Below are positions 39,987 through 53,056 of a stretch of 64,000 nt of DNA, piece after piece. The notes under the pieces are model-generated. The model searched no databases. It had not been told where the DNA came from and worked only from the letters and a program-made list of their open reading frames with translations. Source of the DNA: Octopus bimaculoides (lineage: Eukaryota); assembly GCF_001194135.2 (NCBI RefSeq), contig NC_068998.1:54980534-55044533 (forward strand). Direction: 5' to 3'. Position numbers and translations under genes: made by a program. Position 1 is the first letter of the stretch. The number at the start of each line of letters is the position of its first letter.

Positions 39987-41335
39987 GTAAGCATTTGCTT
40001 TTATTTTGCTCTTCATTCTTTTATCAGTAGAATTCTTCTTTCAAAATTATTTTAATGTTCCTATTTTGGGTCATTTATTACATTTTGTAATAAAATGGCT
40101 GCGAGTCTGGTGTTTCTTATGATTTTACACAATAAATAATAAATATGCCTGGATTGTGGTTTTACCTTTTTTACTTTTGAGGGAATAAGTACCAGTAATA
40201 TACTAAGTACCAGTAATATACTGGTCAGACACAATTCTGTTCACTAAATAAACTTTACTGAAAGGAAATCTTTTGTCTCCATTAAAGACATTGAAACAAT
40301 AAAAGTTTATCTAAAAACTGTTGTATCCTGTGATTTGTTTACCTTCCGGATCTTTTAAGAGTAAAGCAACAGAAACAGGTTCAATCCCTCCATACAGTGG
40401 ATGATTATCTTTAATGATTAATCTTACAAAGCAGTTACACAAATATTTTATGCCAAATATTTCATAATAGTAATAAACCAAGTTGATAGAAAGTCACTCC
40501 TTATGAACTGCAATTCCTGATTGGACCAAATATTTTCTGTTTCACTGAAAATATCAACAAAGGAATGAATGTGTCTTTCCAATATTGGAATTTCACTTGT
40601 TACCATTTAAAATTATGGCATTATAAAATCTTACACATTGTGAATTGATCTCCAGATATTATTTTGAAGAAAGACATTCAATTTTAAAATTATGGAATCA
40701 AAACGGATGAAATGCTTTTTAACTATAACTACCGGTTAAGACACATAAAACCAATAATTTAAAGCCAGTAATTCCATTGTTAGTCAAATGGATTATATTT
40801 TCAACAAGTGCAGGGGTGGAATAATTTTCTTAGATTTTGTTTGCGTTTATGATGGTCTTTATTTAGAAAAGACATTCATGGCATGCAGCATAATGGCTTA
40901 TTAAAGTGTGTCTTTGCATGGGAACACAAATATACTTTCAAGTTTACTAAAGTTGACATGTTGAAGTTAAACTAATTAAATAACTGGAATGTGAAGCTTC
41001 CTATAATGTTTTCCAGAATGACATTAATGACATCCAATTCTTTTCACCCAAAACCATTTCTTTTATGTTTCCTTTATCGTATGTCAACTTTTGTTTTAGC
41101 TTTCATTAGGAACAGTGAAAGGATATTACAATCAAAGTTGCTCATTTAAAAGAATAAAGGAACATCTTCAGTCTTAACCAGTTTACTCGGATTTCTATCA
41201 TTTTTCTGAAACAACCATGATGTCTGTCAAGCTATTGAGAGGCTCTGTAAACATCTGTTGCAACTTCACATTAAGGACCGTAAAAGTGTCACTCCATTAT
41301 TTCTGATGATGATGATTCCACATGATCCGATCAAT

Positions 41336-41593
41336 GGAACAGCCTGCTCATGAAATTGACATGCAAGTGACCAAGCCGTCCACAGACGTGTGTACCCTTA
41401 ACATTAGTTCACTGGGAAACACAGAATGTGGCAAGGCTGTCCCTTTGAAGTACAACTCTTTTTTGCCAGCTGAGTGGACTAGAGCAACATGAAGTAAAGA
41501 GTCTTGCTCAAGGACACAATGCATTGCCAGAAATTGAACACATGACCTGCAATCTTGAGTCAAATACCCGAACCACTGAGCCACACACCTTCA
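41336..41593 (-). mobile_element. tRNA-derived SINE family 3
   Basis: Reverse complement begins gtgtggctcagtggttcgg...gtgttcaatttctgg...gtgtccttgagcaagactctttac...ccactcagctg; related + fragment at ~32687-32860. Confidence 0.7.
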
Positions 41594-42057
41594 CATAAGA
41601 GCTCTGTATTATTTAGAAATCATCACAGGGAAAGATGTTGATCAGCTTTCTTAGGCAAGGGTTTCAACCAACAACAACAAAATAACTCACAGTTCTCTGG
41701 AGAGCTTTTTTTTGTTCTTTTATTAAGAAATGCTATTCTGGCTGCACAAAACTGGTCCCAGTTTTCCCATCAAACTCATTGTTGGGGATTTCTTTCTAAT
41801 GTTACAAAGACTATCTCACAATTATACTGTTGAATAAAACAAGTCAGTGAGGGAGCAGAGTCACTTAGCCTTCTAGAAATAGCAGCTAAATCTCACCCAA
41901 ACTATACCATTTAAATAAAGTAGTCCTTGGTGGGTCTTTTTGATTGAAGTTGACTTGGATGAAACCTAATAAAATTTTCCATTTTATCAAGTAAATGTAA
42001 ATAATATCTTTTTTTTTTTTTTTAATTTCATCGATTTCATCTCCCATTCATTTGAAG

Positions 42058-42133
42058 GTATGATGAACACTACTCCAGTTACCACTCCAATTCTACACCT
42101 TCTACCCCCTCCTCACCCACCACATTCTTAGCA
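42058..42133 (+). CDS. C-terminal exon A of the BCH protein (LYDEHYSSYHSNSTPSTPSSPTTHS*); exon continues to a donor at 42151
   Basis: Long poly-T tract then tttgaag acceptor; phase-2 compatible; TAG at 42131-42133; CAG|gtaaca donor 18 nt after the stop. Confidence 0.7.
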
Positions 42134-43813
42134 CCAAGATGATTAACAGGTAACATACATGTCCACCGTCTGTCCAGTCTGTTGTTTGTATTAGTCTGCT
42201 TAACCTTAGCTAACGACCTGTCTAGTTGCTTGCTTCGTTAATCTCTTCATTTCACTAATATCTAATAAATGTTTTTCTAACAAAGTCATTTTACCATTTT
42301 TATTTACTGCTTTGTGTATTTGTCTCCGTTTCTTTTTGTCGCTGCTTTTCTAAAGCTGTATCACCAATTTCTCCCAGGTTTACATCATTACAAGATAAAT
42401 TTAGCTGCAAATATTTTTTTATAGAATTTGTGTTATGAAATGTGATGTGTTGTAGCACTTTGGCAACGAGAGTAAAGTTTTCTTTGTGTGGGGGGGAGGG
42501 GGTGTTCATGGAGAATGCTTTGTTGATTTAAGGACTTCCAGAAATCTCAGACAGGTTAATGAGATGTACAAATATGAGAGAGACGGAGAATTCTTTGGGC
42601 TAGCATTCCTTAAATTGTAAGATTTCCTCAAAGTGTTTGATGCAGAATTTCAAGAGGAAAATAATACAAATGTGGTCTGCAGCAGAGGAATTGGTGCCAC
42701 AAGGCCATGTAGTTCTCTGCTGAAAGTCTAAACAACACTATTACAAAAAAAAGTTGCAAAATGTTTTGTTGACTGACTTTAATTTTTGCCTTGGGATACG
42801 GTGCCTTAATCTACGAGAAGAACTAAGCATTACTTTCTTGAAGTCATTCCTGGAAAGTGCAGAAGTATTGCATAAAAGATATGGGACTGTTTTCCTCTTC
42901 AAGTAAGTTGTTCTTATAATCTTTCAGTGTGGGAGAACAAACAATAGATGACTTTTTGATGTAATAAGTCTTGCCAGAGATGATGGCTTGCTAGGTTTGC
43001 AGGAATAAGGATACGCCCATGCCTCTACAACTGGATGGCCATAACCATTATCCCTGTTAACAAAAAACAAGTCTACTTTTGTGTGACATAAGGAATATGA
43101 ATTAATGGTTTAGAGATGGGCTTTCTTCCATCACTGACAAAAGTGTTGCTGATTCAAAGAATATTTTTAAGGATGGATGATCCCTTCTTTGCTACCAAAA
43201 TATATAGCTTTCTTTTAGCTAATTATCTTTTTCAACCATCTTTAGCAAACACACTGGTTGCACGGAGGTAGCTAGCTAGAGAAATACTTCCTGTTCAATC
43301 CCATAGTTTGCTGAAGAGATTTGCAGAAATAATTGCTTGAAATGTAACCATCATCATGGTTTTTCTTTTCTTTTTAATGATTTGAATAATAATTTTGTAA
43401 AACAAAAAAAAAATCATCGAAAGAATTTATTGCAATGTTTGTTGACTTTATTTTTTAAAAAAAATATTAACAAGTTCAATAATGCTATTTTATTCAAAAA
43501 TTTGTTTACTTTTCTTTTTCTAGTTAAACTATTAATTTTCTTAACATCAATTCTTGCATGTTTTCTTTATCAAACCATTTCTCAGTTTATTTTCTCATAT
43601 TCTGAACTATATTAAATCTTTATTAGTTTATAAACTTTCAGTTTTCTGCTTAAAGTAATAAATTTTAATGAAGTTTATAGAAATAGCAGTCCCTTGTCTC
43701 TCTTTTATAGTTTTGTTTTTGTTATGTATTTGCTTATATTATTAATATTATTATTATTATTATTATTTCTATAGTCACTAAGATTTCTGCTTATCATTTT
43801 GACTTTGCTGCAG

Positions 43814-43916
43814 ATTGGACAGATTGATGAAACTCAACCCTAAAACTGTTTGTCAAGAACGCTCACAGAAGAACAGTTTCTTTCCTGATATTCCAGCAAA
43901 TTCCAGCTCAAATAAC
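43814..43916 (+). CDS. C-terminal exon B of the BCH protein (LLDRLMKLNPKTVCQERSQKNSFFPDIPANSSSK*), or 3'UTR exon when exon A is included
   Basis: ttttgactttgctgcag acceptor; phase-2 compatible with the 39986 donor; 33 open codons to TAA at 43914-43916. Confidence 0.55.
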
Positions 43917-44480
43917 TAGTTCTGCTGATAACAGCCCACAACAAACATTACGAATAGTCTCCACCAGTATTGCAGCATTGTATCCTTGCTGCCATTTTTA
44001 ATCCCACCAAAGCTGCTGCTGCTGCTAAACCAAAATGGACAACCGAATTTCTCGTGCAGCTTCACTGCTGCATCAACAGCACCCAGCTGGCCTCAATGAA
44101 GTATCACAGCCTCCGTAGCAACAATGTTATTATCAACAACAACTTTAGCTGGTTCCCACCTTTTCAACAGCTTCTCTTTGTATGTCGAAAGAAAAACCAA
44201 AAAAAGTCAGCTAGCTTTTCTAGTCATTTCCACTGATAAGAAGATATTTTCACCTACCTTCTTCTTCACACCACAATAATAATAATAATAATAACTATTT
44301 CTGCTGTTTCTTTGAACACTTGTTACTTTCCTACAACAGTTTGGTTCAAGGACCACTTCCCTTTGGACACAACTGAGCTTTCTATTGCAAAAGTCAACTG
44401 ATTCTTAGTTTCTGACATTTTCTCTTTCTAGTAATTAAAATGTCAGGACAAAATATCACAAAAACTGTCATGCAAATGGG

Positions 44481-44512
<32 letters not shown>

Positions 44513-45886
44513 GTTATTATTATGATTGATTTTTAACTTTAACTGAGTTTCTTCCCATCACTCCTGAACCATTTCAGCAGATCTCCTGGATATTAATTGT
44601 TCTTCTGAATTCCAATAAATTCTGTAGCAGGAACTTAAAAGATTCACAAAGTCATTTGAATGGCAGAAATTCCTCTAAGCTAAGTGACTCAGAGACTTGT
44701 TTTCTTTTTTTTAACATTAGGAAAATGTTTGATCATAAATTTCTGTTTTTAAGTATTCAGCTTTGATGAATATAAGTGATTTGGTCAAATTAATTTCTAA
44801 ACAATAACTGAAGAAAAAACAATGAGTTTTTTGGGGTTTTTTTTTTTCCATTCAACAGCTTTCTTCAGCTTGATTTCAGATTGCCAAATAGAAGGCAGAT
44901 TTATATATATAAATGTCTGTTAAAGCTTTTCACAGACTTTACTGCTACCAAAGAAATTATGCAGCATTTCAACAAACAATTTGCATAACAAACATCATGA
45001 GATTTGCTTCTTTCTTTTTTTTTGTAAAAGAAATTCTTATAAAGTTGACTAATTTCTAGGATGGGATATTTTGATGCCACAAACTTGAATAACCCTTATT
45101 TACAAATGTAAAACTATTTATGTGAATTACGTTAAATAAAAAAGGGGACCAAAATAATTAATTTCGACCTGGTACTTTATAATTTACATTTATTTAAGGA
45201 AATTAAATATTTCTTAATCAGTTTCTTTTTAGATAACTAATTTTTTTTCTTAGTTTCATCTGTCTGATAAATATTTTCAATAACAATTTTATCTTAAAAC
45301 AATCCATGTACTTTTGTTAGAATCCTATTTTAAATCAAAGTATTTTATTGTAGCAGTTTTATTTCTTGTTATTTCAGTCTGATGAAATGCTCTTTAAAAG
45401 CATGGATTACAAATAGTTTTTTGTTTGTAAATTTATTTAAATTGTTATATTTACTTGTTTGTTATTGGAAAAAATCCTTCTGGAACTCAGAGCCATCCCG
45501 TATCATGGCTGTATTTTTTCTATTGTTATTTTAGTTATCATTTGCCAAAATAACTAAAAAAAAAAAAAGACCATTTTACCGAATATTTTATCATCCCTTG
45601 AATTTGCTCTCTGTTACAACTCAGTGATTTTTTTTTCAGCCATTCTCCAATCCTCAAAAGAGTCCAAGGTGAAAGGGTGTAAATAAGTATTATAGAGGAA
45701 GGCAACACAGTTGTCAGCTGTTTACGGAACCAAAATAAGAAACAATGAAACTATTTGGTTGCTACTTCATTCCTTTATCATTCACACAAAATTTATTTTA
45801 AAACCGTCTTATTTTGGGTTTAACATTTTATTTCGTCATGGAATCACAGATATTTTATAAATTCATGACTTTTCTGTCTCACCAAA

Positions 45887-46094
45887 TTAGACAGAATCCT
45901 TACTGTGCCGGACAAAATGCAGTATTTCTTCCAGTTTTACATTCTGAGTTCAAATGCTGCCAAGCTTGACTTTCCTTTCAACTTTTTGAGGTCAATGAAA
46001 TAAGTACCAGTTGTGTACAGGGGTCAATGTAATTGACTTACCCCCCACCCCTAAAATTTCTGGCCTTGTGCCAAAATTCGAAACCCTTATTATT
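45887..46094 (+). mobile_element. SINE family 1
   Basis: Same core and 3' ggccttgtgccaaaattcgaaacc end as the other copies. Confidence 0.8.
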
Positions 46095-47081
46095 TAGTTA
46101 ACACTGTCCACTTCACGGCTAACAGATTGTTCAATGTTATCCATGCTCTTTAACATAATCAACCCACACAATTTACTCACCACCACACAACATCAAATTC
46201 TATTTTAATTCTGCAGCTTCTTGTTCCATTTCATTAATATTTGCAGGAAAAGCAAGAAGAGTGTTTTTTAGTTTAGTGAAACGTCAATCTGTATATAACC
46301 CATCATTATCTTCCATATAAACTGGCATTTCTTGGGAAATGGTGAGCTGATAGCTATTGGGTCCTAAGAGAGACTGAAATGTTCGAAAGATGACAGAGCT
46401 TTCCCTTCCAAACTGAAAATTGCTTTGAGTTTTGTTTTAATTTATTTTTCTGACTTCTATAACTAATGAGAAAATATAGTTGTACGGATGTGGCTTGGTG
46501 TCTGTATGAGAGAGAGAAAGAATGCAAAAGAAAAAGTGAATATATTTTATTTCCTCACTTTTGAGGAGACATGTCCCCCGCTTCTGTGGGCATTCACCTT
46601 TGCCATGTTCCAACATGAACTTATATTTTGATGCATAATTTTACAGCCTTCCCTTTGATCAGCCCTCCTATAGAACACTGAAGATGGTCAGCTCATCAGT
46701 TGTCAAAACATATGATTTGACAACTTTCTTATTTCTATCATTAAAATATAAGTTGGGTTTTTTTTTATATATATACAATTTTCTTTTTTTTTTTTTTTTT
46801 TTTTTTTTTTTGTTTGACATTGGTGATTTCAGAACTGAAATCCAAAGAAAATAGAATATTCTAGAAAAGAAAAACAGAAAAGGGTGTGAGGAAGATAATT
46901 TTTTTTTATTGGTTAAACAATGTTTCACTTTGAAATTGTCTTGGCTCCACTTTTATATTTGATTAGCAATCTTTGACGGAAAATTATTGATTCTACCTTT
47001 GATGGTATCTGCCCGGTTATAAGCAAGGAGTATCTTTATTGTGAATTTGCATGTTGATCAGTGTACAGACATTGCTGGGGG

Positions 47082-47968
47082 NNNNNNNNNNNNNNNNNNN
47101 NNNNNNNNNNNNNNNNNNNNNNNNNNNNNNNNNNNNNNNNNNNNNNNNNNNNNNNNNNNNNNNNNNNNNNNNNNNNNNNNNNNNNNNNNNNNNNNNNNNN
47201 NNNNNNNNNNNNNNNNNNNNNNNNNNNNNNNNNNNNNNNNNNNNNNNNNNNNNNNNNNNNNNNNNNNNNNNNNNNNNNNNNNNNNNNNNNNNNNNNNNNN
47301 NNNNNNNNNNNNNNNNNNNNNNNNNNNNNNNNNNNNNNNNNNNNNNNNNNNNNNNNNNNNNNNNNNNNNNNNNNNNNNNNNNNNNNNNNNNNNNNNNNNN
47401 NNNNNNNNNNNNNNNNNNNNNNNNNNNNNNNNNNNNNNNNNNNNNNNNNNNNNNNNNNNNNNNNNNNNNNNNNNNNNNNNNNNNNNNNNNNNNNNNNNNN
47501 NNNNNNNNNNNNNNNNNNNNNNNNNNNNNNNNNNNNNNNNNNNNNNNNNNNNNNNNNNNNNNNNNNNNNNNNNNNNNNNNNNNNNNNNNNNNNNNNNNNN
47601 NNNNNNNNNNNNNNNNNNNNNNNNNNNNNNNNNNNNNNNNNNNNNNNNNNNNNNNNNNNNNNNNNNNNNNNNNNNNNNNNNNNNNNNNNNNNNNNNNNNN
47701 NNNNNNNNNNNNNNNNNNNNNNNNNNNNNNNNNNNNNNNNNNNNNNNNNNNNNNNNNNNNNNNNNNNNNNNNNNNNNNNNNNNNNNNNNNNNNNNNNNNN
47801 NNNNNNNNNNNNNNNNNNNNNNNNNNNNNNNNNNNNNNNNNNNNNNNNNNNNNNNNNNNNNNNNNNNNNNNNNNNNNNNNNNNNNNNNNNNNNNNNNNNN
47901 NNNNNNNNNNNNNNNNNNNNNNNNNNNNNNNNNNNNNNNNNNNNNNNNNNNNNNNNNNNNNNNNNNNN
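47082..47968. other. Assembly gap (887 N); other gaps at 19517-19526, 28932-28965 and 57653-57885
   Basis: N runs; ORFs spanning them are artefacts. Confidence 0.99.
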
Positions 47969-50904
47969 CCCTTCCGTCTGTGCTGAATATATAAAAAAAA
48001 AGTGTTTAATTTGTAGTTTGAACTTTGGTTGGTTATTTTCAACAACATTACTGTCTAATTTTTATATATATAAGAATATTTCATTGATAAATCTTGTGCA
48101 ATTGCAATATTTAGTCCAAGTGCTCACCAAATAACAAGACAATCTGTGATACTTGTGTTAGAAACGTTTTGTGTGTCAATATAAAGCAGGTTTTGCTGCA
48201 CAATAATAGCCTTCTCCAATTTCCTTGCTTCATGAATAATTATAATGCATTCCCCGATCCATGGATACTGAAAGAAAAGAAAACCATTTAAAGTTCTATG
48301 AAACATTTCTCAAGATTTAGTTTGGTAATTTTCAGTTTGAAAGTAAAAGTGAAATATTTCCATTATATTAATTATTTTTTCAAGTTAAAATCTGTTTTCT
48401 TTTAAATTGAAAAGTTTCATTTCTATGTATTCTAGTTTAGTTTTGAGTCCCTACAGTAACTGAGTTATGGCGAAACTTTTCCAATGCCAGTGAATGTATT
48501 TCTTCAGTATTTCACTTAATTCCTTAAACGAGACTCTGTCGCTACCCGGATATAACCCAAGTTTGTTAAATTTCAATACAAACACATTTGTGCACGCACA
48601 TGAAAAAGAAATTTTAAAAATACCAAAAACGTTAATGGTTCATAAATTTTTTAAAAAGTTCTGTGTAACAGAAAACAAAATTTAAATTGCTCATCTTAAC
48701 AACGGTGTTACTATATAATCAGCTTTTCCTTAGAATTTTAGTTTAAAATTTTTGACTACACTCTTGTCAGAAGTTGATAGCTTTAATTAGAGCTCTGTAA
48801 CGATGTTACCAACGACAAAGCTTCTTCATGTAAGGCATTAAAAATACATCAAATTTAAGGAATTTCTGCAATTTCTTCCAAAGGAGGATTTCTTTTTAGA
48901 GAGTATATTTGAGCTTTCATTGCACTGTTTTATAGCCCAATATTTTTAGACTAACTTGAAAATTTTGCCTTCAAATTAAACTGAAACATAGGTCCCGTTG
49001 TGAAAGAAAATCTTTCAACTGATCTATTTGAATATCTGTTTGGTGGAGAGAATGAAATCCTTATATTAAAAGCTTTTGATAAATTAGATAAAGCTTTCAG
49101 GTCGATCTGGTAATATAAAACATAATAGATTTTAGATGCTCAACTGAGCAAGGAAACATGATCTCCAACTGGCAGCTGTTGAAAGAAATAGCCTGTTGAA
49201 TGTGTACAGAAAGAGAGAGAGACATGTTAATAGATCTAACACTTGATTAGAAATCTTATCTTCTGTAAAGATTTGCTGCTGAACTTCCATGGCTCACATC
49301 TCAAGTGTGTCTGTTTAGTTGAGGATACATTCAATCTCAACTTGGTTCTGAATAACAATTTAACAGATTTAAAACAAAAAAAAAAAGAGAAATAAGGAAT
49401 TTCTAATGAAAACCTAGTCAAAGTTCTATTATTCTCCCTCTGCTTAATTCATTAAGAAAATAAATTTTTTCCATATAATTAGTAGACAAATGTTGCTGTT
49501 GCTAGTGAAAACCACAAATTGTGAAAAAAAATAAGCTGCCTTGTCTTGTGAAGTTGTTTAACAATGCTTTTTACCTCTCGATTTTTCTCTTCACACAACA
49601 ACTTGAGTGCAAACGCCACAAATACTTATGTAAAGCATGTTAGAGACTTATTGTTAGCTTTTATTATTATTTTTATTATTATTTTTCAATGAAGGACTGA
49701 ACACATGTAAAAATGACATTGTTATTTATGTTTCTAGATGGTTTGGTATGAAATCTCAGTCTTTGAGACTGTCTTGGAAATGTTAATAAATATTTAAAAA
49801 AACAATTTCAACATGTCGACTCAGTTCAACATTATTCCTTATTTATTTTATTTTTTTCTAACTTAGAAGGGAACAAATATATTTCAATTACATCAATTCT
49901 TTTTTAATAGAAAATCTGAATTATTCTCCCCCCACCTCTACACCTCAATATTTAATTATTTACAAACAAATCAATCACTTTACATTGTTTTAATTGCTTC
50001 AGAATTTCATTTTTGCATCCAAAACATTGATGAAAGACAAAGTTAGATCACCAACTTGTATATTTAAAGACCTCATTAATGGCATCTCCTGACCATTTTC
50101 TCTCTTACCACTTTCTCCAGCATGTTCTTATCACTGGATCAGGTAAAAAAAAAAAAATGTCTCTCCTCAAAGAGTGCAATGTCACCAATAAATGTTTTTG
50201 TGAACTGTGTTCTAATATGTTACCAATTATATTTTAAAATAACGAACTCTTTGGCAAGACACTGTTTACAACTCTTTAGGAACAAAGCTGGGTCGTCAAG
50301 TAATTAATACAAATATTTAAATAAAGAAACAACTAATAAAATAACTGCAACAACTACAAAAAAAAGTTTATGAAACAGAAATCATTTAAACTGATGTGAA
50401 ACATTAAGCTTGGAAAACTGCCAGCTTAATGGTTCACAGGACAACCGATTCCTGTCAGCATTTATATTCTGTACTCTTAATAAAGACAATTTTCACTGGT
50501 TCACTATTCTAAACAGATATAGGTTCCATAAGGAGTTACTTTTTATTGCTGTGAGGAGTTGAGATACAACTGAGTCTGTCTTTGGATTATTAGATGATAT
50601 AAAAGTATTGCGAGGTACAGGTGAGTGCCATAAAATGAATGGTTGGTCTCTCACCAAAGCAAAATACTGGCCTCTTTTCAATTTCTTGATGCAATCATTT
50701 AAGTTCACTTTATTTAATTACCTCTGGGAATGCAAAACATTTATCAGATAAAAGTAAAGGTTCAATGTTGAACAAAATCATAATTAGCTCATCTACCTGT
50801 ATTTTCTTTTACTCAATGTGTAATACCTCTACATGATAGCTAGAACTGGAAACAAAAATATCCCTCAGATCACCCCCTACTGTGTTATCTATGTATATAT
50901 GTGT

Positions 50905-51123
50905 GTGTATAACAGAGTGCTGAAAAGTTCCTGGCTTTAAGTGTATTGCAAGAGGCCTGGTTGGAGACCCAACCTTCTGCAGTCTTTCACAGGCCTTAGA
51001 AAAACTGAAGGACCACTGCAATAAGTATGTGAATCTGAGAATATGATGATTAAACTCATAATTAACTGACACTCCTATATTCTCTTTTACCCAATGCCAG
51101 GAACTTTACAGCATACCCTCATA
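50905..51123. mobile_element. Internally deleted Tc1/mariner derivative (MITE-like)
   Basis: Imperfect TIRs gtgctgaaaagttcctggcttt (left) and reverse-complement atgctgtaaagttcctggcatt (right); internal remnant of the mariner C-terminal coding end. Confidence 0.65.
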
Positions 51124-51264
51124 TGTATGTATGTATTCGCCATGTTGGACCACTTATTCTACACATTTTTAACCAAGTGTTTACCTACAGTTTTCTTGTG
51201 GAATGGTCTTCTTCCTAGTGTACATCCAGTGAGTCTATATTACTTTTTTATCAGAGTTGCAGGA

Positions 51265-51315
51265 CTAGACATGCTGTAGATCTTCCCAAAGGTCACCTGG
51301 GTTTTCTTTGTTCCA
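51265..51315 (-). CDS. TMEM232: Probable terminal TMEM232-like exon (WNKENPGDLWEDLQHV*)
   Basis: T13-gtttag acceptor, phase 0; begins with W as the homologous segment does; TAG at 51267-51265. Confidence 0.65.
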   Translation of the reverse strand, partial: WNKENPGDLWEDLQHV

Positions 51316-51719
51316 CTAAACAAAAAAAAAAAATTGAATTCATTTTTAAAAAGTAAAGAATCTTGGTTTCTTAGATTACTAGAAAACCTGTTCCAGTTTA
51401 TTTCTAGCTCCGACCACTTATGGCATTCCCCCCTCTATCACCCTCAAGGATTAAATGACCATCATTGTCATCATCTTCCATCTGTTTTCCATGCTGTCAT
51501 GAGTTGGACAGGTCATTATGACCCTAGTCAGCCCTTATTTGGAGTTACTGTCCTCCTACATGGGTTGTAGATCCACATGTTCCTTGGATATGTTACTTTT
51601 AATAGGGTTTCTATGGCAGAATTCCCTTCCTAACACCACCAGGCACTACAGAGTGAACAAGCAGCATTTCGTACCCACTTGATGAACAATATTTATGTCA
51701 ATCAAATATATTTTCATCA

Positions 51720-51960
51720 GGTCCTGAGAGTGGATTTGAGCAATGGGAAGTAGAAAAAATCCAATGTGTGTGTGTGTGTGTGTGCGTGTTTGTGTCTTCT
51801 TGTCTTGACATTGTGTGATAGTTGTAAATGAATCTCACTGTCATCCAAGCAGTGTTATTCATTTCCAATATTGCAAGCAAACATCTCTGGCAATGGATCT
51901 TGGAAATAGGTGAAGATTGATGACTTAAAAGGCATCCAACTGCAGAAAATCTGCCTCAAA
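51720..51960 (+). mobile_element. SINE-like fragment (same family as 38611-38810)
   Basis: (GT)n then cttgacattgtgtgatagttgtaaa...aaggcatccaactgcagaaaatctgcctcaa. Confidence 0.55.
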
Positions 51961-52775
51961 TAAACTTTGACCCAGGCAACCATGGAAAGGTGGAGGTTAA
52001 AATATGAGGATTTGCACAAAATACCATATTTTACTTTGGTTAAATTACTGTTGGCAAGGGGGATAGCCATTATGACTCAAAGCTTAGCAAATAATATTTT
52101 GTTTTTACAGGTGAAAAAAAAAAGGCAAAATACATGGTTGACAATTTCTTCTTTTTTTTTTTAATGTTTATGGCTAATTACAGAAGGGAATGCAGTGCTT
52201 ATGACATTTTTCAGAGGAAGTTTTCTTCAGGAGCCTTGGCTGAATGCTTGCTTCAATAGAGTGGACTCTGCTAAAAGCATTTATGGGTTGGAAGGTGGTG
52301 GTGGTGTTAAACTGACCACAAATTTTAAACCACATTGTATTCCTGGTTTCTCACTCTTAATTCTTCAAGAGTTTAAGTTAACTCTACAAGAATTACAACT
52401 TGGAACTCCACTTGATGTGCCAGCAATCAAAGATGCCCCCATCACTACTTCAGCAAGCATAGTGAAGTTTATATTTCACTGATGAGGTCATAATAAGACC
52501 AAGACATGCCCAGAGTAGTCTCCCATGTTTCCCAAAATAATTGAAATATCATTTTTACCATATAAGTATTTCTAATTACGTTTTTTAATGCTTCTTGCAT
52601 TAAATACATTAACACTAACACCTGTATATAAAAGATAATACTAATTTACTGAAAATCTGACGAGTTAAAATACAAGGAACCTGGTTAAAGATTTTATTAG
52701 TTAATACCAGCTACTTCAGGTGTAAATAAATAACTTGTTTTTTTTTTTATGTTTTTAAGAATTTAATGAAATTAC

Positions 52776-52857
52776 CTGATTTCTTATGACTTCTTGTAAA
52801 TTCAAAAATGTTCTTGTTCTGTAACTTTGGAAGCATCTTGTCTGGACATTTTTCCTT
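52776..52857 (-). CDS. TMEM232: TMEM232-like exon (RRKNVQTRCFQSYRTRTFLNLQEVIRNQ)
   Basis: ttattttaacag acceptor, CAG|gtaatt donor; 82 nt, phase 2 to 0. Confidence 0.8.
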
Positions 52858-53019
52858 CTGTTAAAATAATTGAAAATCTTTGTGTCACGAATATCTACCA
52901 TATATTCCTCTACCTCTGATAACTTTATAATGTTAGACAAATAACAACTTTCACATTAAATCATCCTTGCTTTAAACCTCTCTTCTCCATGCTGACATAG
53001 ATTACATTACACAGGCCAA

Positions 53020-53056
<37 letters not shown>

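Noticed and set aside
42131-42148. Stop-codon readthrough at TAG-CACCAA
   Set aside because: Does not match the CARYYA leaky context, and a TAA follows four codons later
47017-48134. Long ORFs of 311-357 aa
   Set aside because: Consist almost entirely of N-gap
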